A DNA stretch of 64,000 bases from an uncultured bacterium. GTDB lineage: Bacteria > Patescibacteriota > Minisyncoccia > Phycocordibacterales > GWA1-40-21. Positions 7,127-17,269 of the stretch are shown one piece after another; the first letter of the stretch is position 1; each line of letters begins with the position of its first letter. The position numbers and the translations under genes are program-made. The stretch lies in NCBI GenBank assembly GCA_903823865.1, contig CAIJUJ010000021.1:6732-70731 (forward strand), written 5' to 3'. The notes under the pieces were generated by a model, which saw only the letters and a program-made list of their open reading frames with translations, was not told the DNA's origin and made no database searches.

Positions 7127-9802
7127 TTAAACACTTTCAACTAATTGTCTTTCCAATATCATCCCCTTTCTCCCTTTCTTAACACTGAAAGACATCTCAT
7201 CATTTTTTATATCAACTATTACTGTTCCGCCTTTTAATATTCCTTCTGAAATAATAAGAGATGCGATGTGATTCAAAATTTTGTCCTGAATCAATCTTTT
7301 AAGTGGTCGTGCACCATATTGAGGATTGTATCCTTTTTCAGAAAGATATTCTAAAGCTTTGTCTGAAATTTGCATGACAATTTCTTTGGTTTGCAATCTT
7401 TCTTTGACTAAATTTATTTGTATATCAACAATTTTTTTAATAGCTTCTTTTGACAAAATATCAAAAATAATTACATCATCAAGACGGTTCATAAACTCTG
7501 GTCTGAAAAAATCTTTCAAGCTAGCAAGTATTTTTTCTTTGACTAAATTGTATTCATTTTTCTTTTCATCTTTTGCCGTAAAACCAATTTGCTCCATTTT
7601 ATCTATAAATTGAGCCCCAATATTTGATGTCATAATAATCAAAGTGTTTTTGAAATTGACCACTCTGCCTTTTGAATCAGTAAGTCTTCCATTATCAAGA
7701 ACCTGAAGTAATAAATTAAATACTTCTGGATGTGCTTTTTCTATTTCATCAAATAAAATAACTGAATATGGTCTGTGGCGAACAGTTTCTGTAAGTGCTC
7801 CACCTTCTTCATAGCCAACATATCCTGGAGGTGAACCAATAAGTTTTGAAGTAGAATGTTTTTCCATAAACTCTGACATATCTACTCTTATCAAAGCTCT
7901 TTCATCATCAAACATAAATTCTGCTAGTGCTTTTGTGAGTTCGGTCTTTCCTACTCCAGTTGGACCCAAGAAAATAAATGAACCGATCGGTCTGTTTGGG
8001 TCGGCAATTCCAGCACGAGATCTTTTTATCGTGTCAGCAATTTTTCTAACCGCTTCATTCTGACCAACAATTCTTTTTTCAAGCTCTTGTTCCATTCTAA
8101 CAAGCTTATGTGCTTCGCTTTCAAGCATTCGAGAAACTGGGACGCCTGTCCATTTTGAAACCACTGAGGCGACATCCTCTTCTGTAATTTCTTCTTTCAA
8201 AACTCTTCTTGAAGTTTGGAGTTTTTTCAATTTTTTAAGTTTTACATCCAATTCTTTTTCTGCTTCAGGGATTTTTCCATATCTAATCTCGGCAGCTTTT
8301 GAAAGATCTGCTTTTATTTCTGCATTTTCCGCTTCAATTCTCAAAACTTCTAATTGTTTTTTGAGAGATTTAATGCCACTCAAAATTTCTTTTTCAGTTG
8401 TCCATCTGAGCTCAAGATCAGAAGTTTTTTCTTTCAAATCAGCAATTTCTTTTTCAATTATCGCAACTCTTTTTTTAGTTTCTTTCTTTTTTTCTCCTTC
8501 AACTTCTTTTTTGAGTGCTTCTTTTTCAATTTCAAGTCGCATAACTTTTCTTCTTGTCTCTTCAAGAATAGGCGGCATATTTTCCAAAGATATTTTTAAC
8601 ATTGATGAGGCTTCATCAATGAGGTCCACTGCCTTGTCTGGCAAAAATCTATCGGTAATATATCTTGAACTTAAATTCACGGCAGACAAAATTGCATCAT
8701 CAGTAATTCTGACTCCGTGATAAAGTTCGTATTTTTCTTTGAGACCCCGAAGTATTGCAACAGCATCTTCTACTGATGGTTCGGCAATCATCACAGACTG
8801 AAAACGCCTTGTTAATGCGGGGTCTTTTTCGATTTTTTGATATTCCTTTATTGTTGTCGCACCAATGGTTCTAAGTTCGCCTCGCGATAATGCTGGCTTT
8901 AACATGTTTGAAGCGTCCATTGAACCCTCAGCAGAACCAGCACCAACAATAGTGTGTATTTCATCAATAAACAAAATTATTTTCCCTTCTGATTTTTCAA
9001 TTTCTTTTATTATTCCTTTTAATCTTTCTTCAAACTCTCCCCTGTATTTTGTTCCGGCAATAAGAAGTCCAAGATCAAGAGATACAAGCTCTTTGTCTTT
9101 CAAAGATTCTGGAACATCGTTTGTTGCAATTCTAATTGCGAGACCCTCAACGATTGCTGTTTTTCCTACACCAGCTTCACCAATAAGTATCGGATTATTT
9201 TTTGTTCTTCTAGAAAGTATTTGAATTATTCTTGAAATTTCATTGTCTCGCCCAATAACTGGGTCAAGTTTATTATCTTTTGCGAGCTTGGTAAGATTTC
9301 TAGTGTATTTTAAAATTGCTCGGTATTTTTTGGGCTGATCTATATCACTCCCCTTCAAAGTTTTTAATTCTGAAAGAATTTTTAATATGGTTGTTTTATC
9401 AATTTTAAATCTCATCAAAATATCTCGGGCAGAAGTTGGTGTATCAAGTAATGCCAAAAAAAGATGTTCAGTTGAAATAAATTCGTCTTTCAAATCTTGT
9501 GCTTCTTTTCCAGACAAATCCAAAACTTTTGCTAGATCCGGAGTTAAATAAATTTGATTTGCTGGAGAAAGGGTTGTTGAGCCAGTACTCGATTCGATTG
9601 CTTCAAGAATTGAATCAGTAAATAAAATTAAATCAATTTCTAATCTGTCCAAAATTGAAGAGACAACGCTTTCCTCTTGAAGTACAAGTGCTGCCAAAAG
9701 ATGTAAAGGATTTACATGATTTTGCCCACGTTCAATAGCAAGCTCATGAGCTCTTCTGATTACTTCTTTCGCTTTAGTTGTGAAGTTGTTAAATGGTGGC
9801 AT
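7127..9802 (-). CDS. clpB: ATP-dependent chaperone ClpB
   Basis: Two AAA+ modules (GEAGVGKT, GPTGVGKT), Clp N repeats, coiled-coil M domain. Confidence 0.93.
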   Translation of the reverse strand: MPPFNNFTTKAKEVIRRAHELAIERGQNHVNPLHLLAALVLQEESVVSSILDRLEIDLILFTDSILEAIESSTGSTTLSPANQIYLTPDLAKVLDLSGKEAQDLKDEFISTEHLFLALLDTPTSARDILMRFKIDKTTILKILSELKTLKGSDIDQPKKYRAILKYTRNLTKLAKDNKLDPVIGRDNEISRIIQILSRRTKNNPILIGEAGVGKTAIVEGLAIRIATNDVPESLKDKELVSLDLGLLIAGTKYRGEFEERLKGIIKEIEKSEGKIILFIDEIHTIVGAGSAEGSMDASNMLKPALSRGELRTIGATTIKEYQKIEKDPALTRRFQSVMIAEPSVEDAVAILRGLKEKYELYHGVRITDDAILSAVNLSSRYITDRFLPDKAVDLIDEASSMLKISLENMPPILEETRRKVMRLEIEKEALKKEVEGEKKKETKKRVAIIEKEIADLKEKTSDLELRWTTEKEILSGIKSLKKQLEVLRIEAENAEIKADLSKAAEIRYGKIPEAEKELDVKLKKLKKLQTSRRVLKEEITEEDVASVVSKWTGVPVSRMLESEAHKLVRMEQELEKRIVGQNEAVRKIADTIKRSRAGIADPNRPIGSFIFLGPTGVGKTELTKALAEFMFDDERALIRVDMSEFMEKHSTSKLIGSPPGYVGYEEGGALTETVRHRPYSVILFDEIEKAHPEVFNLLLQVLDNGRLTDSKGRVVNFKNTLIIMTSNIGAQFIDKMEQIGFTAKDEKKNEYNLVKEKILASLKDFFRPEFMNRLDDVIIFDILSKEAIKKIVDIQINLVKERLQTKEIVMQISDKALEYLSEKGYNPQYGARPLKRLIQDKILNHIASLIISEGILKGGTVIVDIKNDEMSFSVKKGRKGMILERQLVESV

Positions 9803-9804
9803 TT

Positions 9805-10036
9805 ACCCGAAAAAATTTTTACTGATAAAAGTTGTTTTGACCTTTATTACTAATTTAATATACTCTTTCTAAAAAATAAGTGCAAATATTCATATTTTGA
9901 GCAAAATAAACAACTTTTTTGCATTATGTGCTTTTTAAAAAGAAGTAATTTTTATATACTTATAGCTAATTATAAATATTTTTTGACTCCAAACACTAGC
10001 TACGCACATAATGCGTCAGTAAAAACTTTAACGGGT
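9805..10036 (-). mobile_element. 232-nt inverted-repeat element (copy 1)
   Basis: Minus-strand termini acccgttaaagtttttactga / tcagtaaaaattttttcgggt; homologous to 28515-28724. Confidence 0.75.
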
Positions 10037-10042
10037 GAAGGT

Positions 10043-10906
10043 TTATTGAGCTTTTTTCTGTGAGTCAGCAAGCGCATTTAGTGCATTTTGGATATCTAGG
10101 CTTGGAGTAAACAAATCTGACTTTGAACTATCCATATATATAGTCTTGATTCCGACAAGTTCTCCAGAAAGATTTAATAACAAACCACCAGAAATAAAAT
10201 TGGCAGGAACTGATGTTTCTATTGAGGATATTTTAGTAGTAACTGGTGTAGATGTAGAATTATCAGTCGGCTGGATTTGTTTAACAGATAATGTTGAGAC
10301 AATTCCTGTTGAAACTGAATCTTTTGATTCTCCTCCAATATAAATTACTGATTGTCCTAGTTTCAAATCATTTTTTGAAATAGAAACTGTATTATATTTT
10401 ACAGGATTTTTTTCGTCATTTTTAATTTTTAATAATGCTACTTGTTCTCCTGATACAGATCTTAAAACAGAAAGATCTATTAATTTATTATCTGAATTGG
10501 TAATAAAATATTTTCCACCATCTGAAATAAGATTATTATCTGTAGCAATCATGCCGTCTGTACTTATAATAACCCCTAATCCAACAAATACCATAGAATT
10601 TGATCCAGATGATGGATCTGTATTTGTTCTATAAATTCTTATCAAACTATTTTTATTTTTTTCTACAGCTCCAACTATTTGATCGTCTGTGCTTACTACT
10701 ACGGTTTCTTTAACAACTGTTTGGGTTTCTTTTGTTGGACCTGTGACTGTTTCAATTGTTCTTTCTACAACTTTATTTATTGTTTGAACCACTCCAACTG
10801 GAGCTTGGTTCATAAGTGCAACAGTAACAATACCCGTCGCAATAGACGTAACAAAACTTACCAAAAGCGCAAGTAAAATTAATTGTTGTTTGGTTAAATT
10901 CTCCAT
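10043..10906 (-). CDS. Membrane-anchored trypsin-like (S1C) domain protein, probably inactive
   Basis: GLGVIISTDGMIAT, LKLGQSVIYIG, SGGLLLNLSGELVGI; catalytic His absent. Confidence 0.75.
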   Translation of the reverse strand: MENLTKQQLILLALLVSFVTSIATGIVTVALMNQAPVGVVQTINKVVERTIETVTGPTKETQTVVKETVVVSTDDQIVGAVEKNKNSLIRIYRTNTDPSSGSNSMVFVGLGVIISTDGMIATDNNLISDGGKYFITNSDNKLIDLSVLRSVSGEQVALLKIKNDEKNPVKYNTVSISKNDLKLGQSVIYIGGESKDSVSTGIVSTLSVKQIQPTDNSTSTPVTTKISSIETSVPANFISGGLLLNLSGELVGIKTIYMDSSKSDLFTPSLDIQNALNALADSQKKAQ

Positions 10907-10954
10907 ACACTAATATTATATATTATTTAAAACAAAATAGAAACTTAAAAAAAA

Positions 10955-11287
10955 TTAAGAGAATCTATATAAAATACTCAAAGAAATTATGCCAAGTAAA
11001 ATACCAATAATTTCTATGGCTGATAGCTTCTCGTGAAAAATAAAAACGCTAATACCAGTGACCATAATAATACAACTTAGACCAAAAATGACTCCAAGGG
11101 TAGAAAGCTTCATACTTTTCATAACCAATACCCATCCGATTGCACTTATTCCATATATTACAGCACCAATTAACAAAGACTTATTCCAAATATTTGGAAG
11201 CTGAGATGCTTTTTTAATAAAATAATCTGCAAGCACTGCAATCGCCGATAATATTATTGCTGTAATAAATGCTAAGAATTTTGACAT
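10955..11287 (-). CDS. Small DMT/SMR-like transporter
   Basis: 110 aa, 4 TM, FIFHEKLS motif. Confidence 0.75.
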   Translation of the reverse strand: MSKFLAFITAIILSAIAVLADYFIKKASQLPNIWNKSLLIGAVIYGISAIGWVLVMKSMKLSTLGVIFGLSCIIMVTGISVFIFHEKLSAIEIIGILLGIISLSILYRFS

Positions 11288-12444
11288 AATTTTTTCAATG
11301 TATTTAGTAACTTTATTATATCACTTTTTTTTGTTTCCTTACCCATTGAAAATCGTAGGGTTGATTTTGCTCTTTCACTTGAACTAATTTTTTTTACAAC
11401 TTCAGATTCCCCACTGCCAGAAGCACATGCACTTGATGAAGAGCAAATTATTCCCGCTTCGTCGAGTCTAAATACCATCATTTCTCCATCAAATCCTGGA
11501 ATTGAAATATTTATATTATTTGGAAGACGCTCTTCCAAGTGGCCGTTAATAATTGCGTTCGGGACGAATTTTTTGACAGAGTCAAAAAATTCATCTCTCA
11601 TCTTTATCAATCTTTTACTTTCCTTCTGTTTATTTTTTTGCGCTAATTCAAAAGCATAAGCCATACCAACTATAAGTGGAATATTTTCTGTTCCACTTCT
11701 TCTATTATTTTCCTGACCACCACCAAATAATATTGGTTCAATTTTAATTCCATCACGAACAAATAAAGCACCGACTCCTTTTGGTCCATACATTTTTTGT
11801 GCATCTAAAGTCATAAGATCGACGCCTAGCTCTTCAACATTTACATTCAAATAAAGCCCAGCCTGTGAAGCATCTAGGTGCAAATATGGAAAATTAATTC
11901 CAGCTCTTTCAAATTCTTTTCTTTTGTGGCGAATTTCTTTTATTATTTCTTTGATTGGTTGTACCACGCCAATTTCGCTATTTGCATATCCAATTGAAAC
12001 GAACGCAGTTTCGGGTTTTATTAATTTTCTCAAATCTTTTGAATTTACAATTCCAAATTCATCAACTTTTAAATAATCTACTTTACATCCACCTGATTCA
12101 AGCTTTTTAAAACATCCAAGAATTGAGCTGTGCTCGATTTCTGTAGTAATCAAATGAATATCAGAATATTTTTTACCATTTTTAATTAAATTATTTACAA
12201 CTCCAAAAATAGCTAGATTATTTGCTTCTGTTCCGCCCGATGTAAAAACTATTTCCCTATCATGACCAACAATAATATCAGCAATAGTTTTTCTAGCTTT
12301 TTGTAAAGCCACTTTAGCTTTAACACCCATTGAATGAATAGAGCTTGGATTGGCAAAATCGATTGACCAATATTTGGCCATTTCGAATAAAACCTTTTTG
12401 TCTAAAGGTGTGGAAGCTGAATTATCTAAATAAATCTTTTTCAT
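11272..12444 (-). CDS. iscS: Cysteine desulfurase (IscS/NifS family)
   Basis: IYLDNSAST, FTSGGTEANN, KMYGPKGVGAL, RSGTEN, SSSAC. Confidence 0.9.
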   Translation of the reverse strand: MKKIYLDNSASTPLDKKVLFEMAKYWSIDFANPSSIHSMGVKAKVALQKARKTIADIIVGHDREIVFTSGGTEANNLAIFGVVNNLIKNGKKYSDIHLITTEIEHSSILGCFKKLESGGCKVDYLKVDEFGIVNSKDLRKLIKPETAFVSIGYANSEIGVVQPIKEIIKEIRHKRKEFERAGINFPYLHLDASQAGLYLNVNVEELGVDLMTLDAQKMYGPKGVGALFVRDGIKIEPILFGGGQENNRRSGTENIPLIVGMAYAFELAQKNKQKESKRLIKMRDEFFDSVKKFVPNAIINGHLEERLPNNINISIPGFDGEMMVFRLDEAGIICSSSSACASGSGESEVVKKISSSERAKSTLRFSMGKETKKSDIIKLLNTLKKLCQNS

Positions 12445-12525
12445 CTTAAAAACTATAACAATTTGAGCACCTTTTTACAACAATTAATAATTGCAAAAAA
12501 AACAAAAAAATATATAATTAATCTC

Positions 12526-12987
12526 ATGAATTTTGAAATATACACAATTGTTGGAGTTGCTTTAATTATTTTATTACTATTAGTTTGGATTATTCGACTT
12601 GAAATTAAGCTGAAAAAACTTCTTGGAAGTAAAAATGGTTCAATGGATGATGTTATAAGTACTTTAAGAAAAGATACAGATATTTTAAAAAAATATGCGC
12701 AGAAAACAGTTGAAGAATTAGATATAGTAGATAAAAAGCTTAAAAAGACCGTGTCTGGAAATCAAACTGTAAGATTCAATCCATTCAAAGGTGACGGCTC
12801 TGGAAGTAACCAAAGTTTTGCTACAGCCCTTGTAAACAAAGAAGGTGATGGTGTTATCATATCTAGTATATATTCTCGAGATCATTTGAGCGTTTTTTCG
12901 AAGCCTGTAAAAAATATGTCTTCCGAATATGAACTTACTCCAGAAGAAAAAACCGCCTTGCAAAAAGCCAAAGAAAGCATTGTCTAG
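12526..12987 (+). CDS. DUF4446-like membrane-anchored protein
   Basis: N-terminal TM; RFNPF...QSFA...GVIISSIYSR motif; start reassigned to MNFEIY. Confidence 0.75.
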   Translation: MNFEIYTIVGVALIILLLLVWIIRLEIKLKKLLGSKNGSMDDVISTLRKDTDILKKYAQKTVEELDIVDKKLKKTVSGNQTVRFNPFKGDGSGSNQSFATALVNKEGDGVIISSIYSRDHLSVFSKPVKNMSSEYELTPEEKTALQKAKESIV

Positions 12988-13024
12988 TTATAAGCTATCA
13001 GCTTTTAGCTGTTAGTAAAAACAA

Positions 13025-13068
13025 ATACAAAGACCGAGTTTCGCTCCGCGAAACTCGGTCTTTGTATT
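13025..13068. terminator. Long perfect hairpin / terminator
   Basis: aatacaaagaccgagtttcgc-tcc-gcgaaactcggtctttgtatt. Confidence 0.7.
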
Positions 13069-13134
13069 CCTAGAAGCTAACAGCTTGGCAAAATAACTGG
13101 TAAAAAGACCATTAAAATGCTAAACTGGCAACCT

Positions 13135-14664
13135 ATGCACAAAAAACTCTCTGAAAACTCAATAATCAAGCGCTCTCCTATTGTTTGTGTAATGGGTCAT
13201 ATTGACCATGGAAAATCAGCCCTCTTAGATTATATAAGAAAAACTAATATCGTAGATACCGAAGCAGGTGGAATCACCCAGAGAATTTCTGCTTATGAAG
13301 TTATTCATAAAATACCAGACACAAATAAAGATGAGAAAATTACTTTCTTAGATACTCCTGGACACGAGGCTTTTGGTGCAATGAGAACCTGTGGTACAAC
13401 CATTGCCGATATTGCAATTCTTGTTGTCTCTGCAGAAGAAGGTGTAAAAAAACAAACACTTGAAGCTTTAAAATGTATTACAGAAAGCAAGATACCTTTT
13501 ATTGTTGCTATCAGTAAAATTGATAAGCCGTCTGCAAATGTTGAAAAAGTAAAAAATAATTTGGTTGAAAATGGAATTTATATTGAAGGATATGGTGGTT
13601 CAATTCCGTTTGTTCCAATTTCTTCAAAATCTGGGGCAGGAATTCCAGAGCTTTTAGACATGATTCTTCTTGTCGCTGAAATGGAAGAACTAAAGGGTGA
13701 TAGTAAAAAACTTGCCGAAGGTTTAGTTATAGAAGCCAATCTTGATAAACAGAAAGGTATTACAGCAGTTCTTGTCATTAAAAATGGCCATATAGAAAAT
13801 GGAATGTATGTTGTTGCCGGAGATAGAATTGCTTCAACAAGAATGATGGAAAGTTTTTTGGGCAAAAAAATAGATGAAGCAATATTCTCATCCCCCATCA
13901 GGATTATTGGTTTTGATAAACTTCCAAAGGTTGGTGGTCCCTTTATGACCTTCAAAACAAAGAAAGAAGCTGAACAATATATTTCAGATGAAAAAGAAAA
14001 GGAGAAAAAAATTCCAATTAAAAATTATAATAATGATGCCTCTGCAGATGATGCGGATCTAAGCTACATAAGAATAATGATAAAGACTGAGGCGGCAGGC
14101 TCGATCAATGCAGTTGAGCATGAGATAAACAAAATAGTCAGCGATAAAGTAAAAATAAAAATTATTGGTGCAGGAATCGGAAATATTTCAGAAAATGACG
14201 TCAAACTTGCTTCCGGAAGAAATCCAGCAATCATACTTGGTTTTGATGTTGGAATGGATGGTTCTGCTAAAGAATTAGCCGAAAGATATAAAGTTGAAAT
14301 AAAAACTTTTGATATAATTTACAAAATTGCTGAATGGTTAAATGAAGAAGTCACAAAAAGGACGCCAAAAGTAATGGTTGAAGAAGTTACAGCTGAAGCA
14401 AAAGTTTTAAAAGTATTCAGTTCTATGAAAGACAAGCACATTATTGGCGGTCGTGTCGAGAAAGGAACTGTTTTTGTTGGTGAAGAGGTTAAGATAATGC
14501 GAAAAGATACAGAAATCGGGAGAGGAAAAATCCGCGAATTACAACAGCAAAAACAAAAAACTGGTGAAGTCCGTGAAGGTGTTGAATTCGGCTGTCAATT
14601 TCAATCTGAAATCACTCCAGCACCTGGAGATAAATTACAAATATTTAAGTTGATAGAAAAATAA
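13135..14664 (+). CDS. infB: Translation initiation factor IF-2 lacking the N-terminal domain
   Basis: RSPIVCVMGHIDHGKS, EAGGITQRI, DTPGHEAF. Confidence 0.95.
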   Translation: MHKKLSENSIIKRSPIVCVMGHIDHGKSALLDYIRKTNIVDTEAGGITQRISAYEVIHKIPDTNKDEKITFLDTPGHEAFGAMRTCGTTIADIAILVVSAEEGVKKQTLEALKCITESKIPFIVAISKIDKPSANVEKVKNNLVENGIYIEGYGGSIPFVPISSKSGAGIPELLDMILLVAEMEELKGDSKKLAEGLVIEANLDKQKGITAVLVIKNGHIENGMYVVAGDRIASTRMMESFLGKKIDEAIFSSPIRIIGFDKLPKVGGPFMTFKTKKEAEQYISDEKEKEKKIPIKNYNNDASADDADLSYIRIMIKTEAAGSINAVEHEINKIVSDKVKIKIIGAGIGNISENDVKLASGRNPAIILGFDVGMDGSAKELAERYKVEIKTFDIIYKIAEWLNEEVTKRTPKVMVEEVTAEAKVLKVFSSMKDKHIIGGRVEKGTVFVGEEVKIMRKDTEIGRGKIRELQQQKQKTGEVREGVEFGCQFQSEITPAPGDKLQIFKLIEK

Positions 14665-14665
14665 A

Positions 14666-14989
14666 ATGTCTGATAATAGATCTGATAAAATTATTAAAAT
14701 AATTAAAAAAGCCGCTGCTGAATTTATGCAGAAAGAATCAAATGGTGCATCACTCGTTACAATTACTGATGTGAAGCTTTCAAATGATGAAAAATATGCT
14801 AATATTCTTTTTACAGTTCTTCCAGAAGATAAAGAGGATGCAGTCTTGGAGTTTACCAAAAGAATAAGGTCTGAATTTCGACAATATATCAAAATCAATA
14901 CAAAACTTGGTAGAATTCCGTCATTTGATTTTCAAGTCGATTTGGGTGAAAAACATAGACAAAAAATAGACACTATTCCTCTTAAATAA
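14666..14989 (+). CDS. rbfA: Ribosome-binding factor A
   Basis: Follows infB; VTITDVKLSND...RIPSFDF. Confidence 0.88.
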   Translation: MSDNRSDKIIKIIKKAAAEFMQKESNGASLVTITDVKLSNDEKYANILFTVLPEDKEDAVLEFTKRIRSEFRQYIKINTKLGRIPSFDFQVDLGEKHRQKIDTIPLK

Positions 14990-14993
14990 TATA

Positions 14994-15065
14994 GGCCTGG
15001 TTGCTAAGTGGTAAAGCATTCCTCTGCAAAAGGAATACGCGGGAGTTCGATTCTCCCCCAGGCCT
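14994..15065 (+). tRNA. tRNA-Cys(GCA)
   Basis: Cloverleaf; loop CTGCAAA; U73. Confidence 0.95.
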
Positions 15066-15298
15066 CAAGAAATATCATGAAATGATATTTCGGGGAGAAT
15101 CGAAAGACGGAGTGAGCTTGGGTTGGGACCCAAGCGCAAGACCTGTGATAGTTTTATATGAGTGAAAGCGAAATATAAAACAGAACAGGTATACAGATTC
15201 TGTAAGAATCACGAAGTCCGTTTTCAGCAGAAAACGGGTGCGAGTCGGGGTCGAGAAAATTTGTGAGCGACGGCGAACAAATTATTCGTGACCGATTC
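15066..15298 (+). repeat. tRNA-3'-matched element, core type A with nested type-B module
   Basis: Hairpin, antisense ggggagaatcgaa, agacggag...ggggtcg...gtgacc, then gattc. Confidence 0.8.
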
Positions 15299-15312
15299 AC
15301 AGTATTATTAAT

Positions 15313-15396
15313 GCCTGGGTGGCGAAATTGGTAGACGCTAGAGACTTAAAATCTCTCGGTGGCAACATCATGTGGGTTCGATTCCCACCCCAGGCA
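15313..15396 (+). tRNA. tRNA-Leu(TAA)
   Basis: Cloverleaf with long variable arm; loop CTTAAAA. Confidence 0.95.
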
Positions 15397-15713
15397 CAGA
15401 TTAAAAGTGACCCATTCCTTGGGTCACTTTTAATTTGTCAGGTGGGAATCGAAAGACGGAGCGCGACGGCGCGAGTCAGGGTCGCGAGATTTTTCAGCAG
15501 AAAAATACTTGTGACCGATTCCCTAATCTTGCTTACGTGTGGGAATCGAAGAACCTTGAGTATATTTTTGAGCATGTACCCATGTGAAAAAATACGAAAG
15601 GTGTACCGTCCATGTAATGGAAGATAAGCGAAGCGGTCCCACCGTTTCTTTAATTTTATTCGGGGTGGGACCCAAATAAAATTTTGTCGAAAAATACTTG
15701 TGACCGATTCCCC
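15397..15713 (+). repeat. Tandem tRNA-3'-matched elements (A, B, partial A) after tRNA-Leu(TAA)
   Basis: Antisense gtgggaatcgaa twice; aaaaatacttgtgaccgattccc twice. Confidence 0.85.
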
Positions 15714-15758
15714 AGTTTTAATTGATTTTCCTTCATTTTTCTGATATTTTATTGACAT

Positions 15759-15831
15759 GCGTCCATAGCTCAGCTGGTAGAGCAAATCCCTCTTAAGGAT
15801 AAGGTCGTTGGTTCGACTCCAACTGGACGCA
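15759..15831 (+). tRNA. tRNA-Lys(CTT)
   Basis: Cloverleaf; loop CTCTTAA. Confidence 0.93.
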
Positions 15832-15862
15832 CAATTAAAAAACACCACTTATGTGGTATTTT

Positions 15863-16225
15863 TTAATCTTTAAAAGGTTTTTTAATAAAATTAGTTAAAC
15901 TATTTATTTTATCTTTCAAATCCTGTCTAAATTTTTCTTTTCTTTTTTCTTTCAAAAATTTTTCATTTAGTCTTTGAACTGCTTCTTTTGCCAATTTTGG
16001 TTTATTTTCATTAATATATTTAAATAAATCTTGCTTATCTATAAAATTATCATAGTCAATACTGTTCTTTATTTCTTCAGCAACTTCTAATTCTCTTTTG
16101 TAACTTAACAATCTTTGGTCAGGGGTCATAACCTCATCAGCAATGTTTTCTAATTCTTTTATAGAAATAGAATCATTGGAATCTTGATTTTTATTATATA
16201 AATTTGGTTGATTTTCTGAAAACAT
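15863..16225 (-). CDS. Hypothetical charged helical protein
   Basis: 120-aa ORF filling the gap between tRNAs. Confidence 0.6.
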   Translation of the reverse strand: MFSENQPNLYNKNQDSNDSISIKELENIADEVMTPDQRLLSYKRELEVAEEIKNSIDYDNFIDKQDLFKYINENKPKLAKEAVQRLNEKFLKEKRKEKFRQDLKDKINSLTNFIKKPFKD

Positions 16226-16335
16226 ATGATTAATTAAATATTAAAATCCATTATATATGATAATTCTTTTTGTTTAAAAAAACAACCAAATTATTGATTT
16301 TAATGTTATTTCAGTATAGAATGCAATCCATAAAT

Positions 16336-16416
16336 GCACGGGTGGTGAAATGGCAGACACGCTAGCCTTAGGAGCTAGTGCCGTAAGGCATGGAGGTTCA
16401 AGTCCTCTCCCGTGCA
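16336..16416 (+). tRNA. tRNA-Leu(TAG)
   Basis: Cloverleaf with long variable arm; loop CTTAGGA; T-loop TTCAAGT. Confidence 0.95.
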
Positions 16417-16655
16417 CAGTAAGAAAACGCCGATAGGGCGTTTTTCTGTGCGCAGGAGAGGACTTGAAAGACGGACTGAGCAAAGGCGAAGGAGCCGGGG
16501 TCGCGCAAATTTTCAGCAGAAAATTATGCGTGACCAAGTCCTCTTGTGAAATAGAAAAAATACGAAGACTATACTGACCATGTAATGACCAAGATTCCTC
16601 TCCCGTGTCGTGTATTTAATTTGGGGTGGGACCAAAATTAAATACTCGTGACCAC
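16417..16655 (+). repeat. Tandem tRNA-3'-matched elements (A, partial B, partial A) after tRNA-Leu(TAG)
   Basis: Antisense ggagaggacttgaa; direct copies caagtcctct (16535) and tcctctcccgtg (~16596). Confidence 0.85.
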
Positions 16656-16752
16656 ATTCTATTTTATTTATGTTTTGACATTTAACCAATATTAATGTAT
16701 TGTCATTTCAGATTAAAAATTCGTACACCCAAAAAACAAGGAGGAACAAACT

Positions 16753-17226
16753 ATGTTAGGAAAAGGAAAGTGTGAAAAATGCGGTGTTATTAAAAAAGTA
16801 TACAGGAACAGAAAAACGGGCAGAATAATTTGCATGAATTGCGGGAAACGCTTAAAATATCACGACCATCTGACACACGAAAGGTGCGTAAGTTGTGGAA
16901 AAATTGCGCATGTACAAGGACGTGATAAAGATGACGAACCTTTGTGCGTAAACTGTTGTACAAAAAAATACCGAAATAATTTGGAAAAGCACCAAAAATG
17001 CTCAATGTGTGGAAAGGTTGCTCCTGTCATAGAGAGAAATGAAAACGGAGAACCTATATGTCAGAGCTGTTATTTAGATAAGTATGTAAAAAATGTTTCA
17101 AAGCATGAAAAATGTGTCATGTGTGGAAACATTTTACCAGTCCATACAAGAGATGAAAATGGGAAACCTCTATGTAATAACTGTGGTTTCCTATTCAAAA
17201 AAAATAAGAAAAAACTCAATGTCTAG
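16753..17226 (+). CDS. Protein with four tandem CxxC...CxxC zinc-ribbon repeats
   Basis: Repeats such as HEKCVMCGNILPVHTRDENGKPLCNNC; AAGGAGG SD. Confidence 0.8.
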   Translation: MLGKGKCEKCGVIKKVYRNRKTGRIICMNCGKRLKYHDHLTHERCVSCGKIAHVQGRDKDDEPLCVNCCTKKYRNNLEKHQKCSMCGKVAPVIERNENGEPICQSCYLDKYVKNVSKHEKCVMCGNILPVHTRDENGKPLCNNCGFLFKKNKKKLNV

Positions 17227-17269
17227 ATTAAAAAGCCGTCGCTTGCGACGGCTTTCTTTTTTTTAAATT

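Noticed and set aside
7326-9224. Antisense ORFs within clpB and other long genes
   Set aside because: Codon-mirror shadows of well-supported genes.
12988-13086. agctNNN heptamer repeats around a terminator
   Set aside because: Only 3-5 degenerate units, too short to interpret.
15319-16537. ORFs 15319-15627, 15438-15848 and 16274-16537
   Set aside because: They overlap tRNA genes and GC-rich structured repeats, so they are shadow ORFs.
15066-16655. CRISPR array
   Set aside because: Repeats are tRNA fragments with irregular spacing and shared, not unique, interiors; no cas genes.
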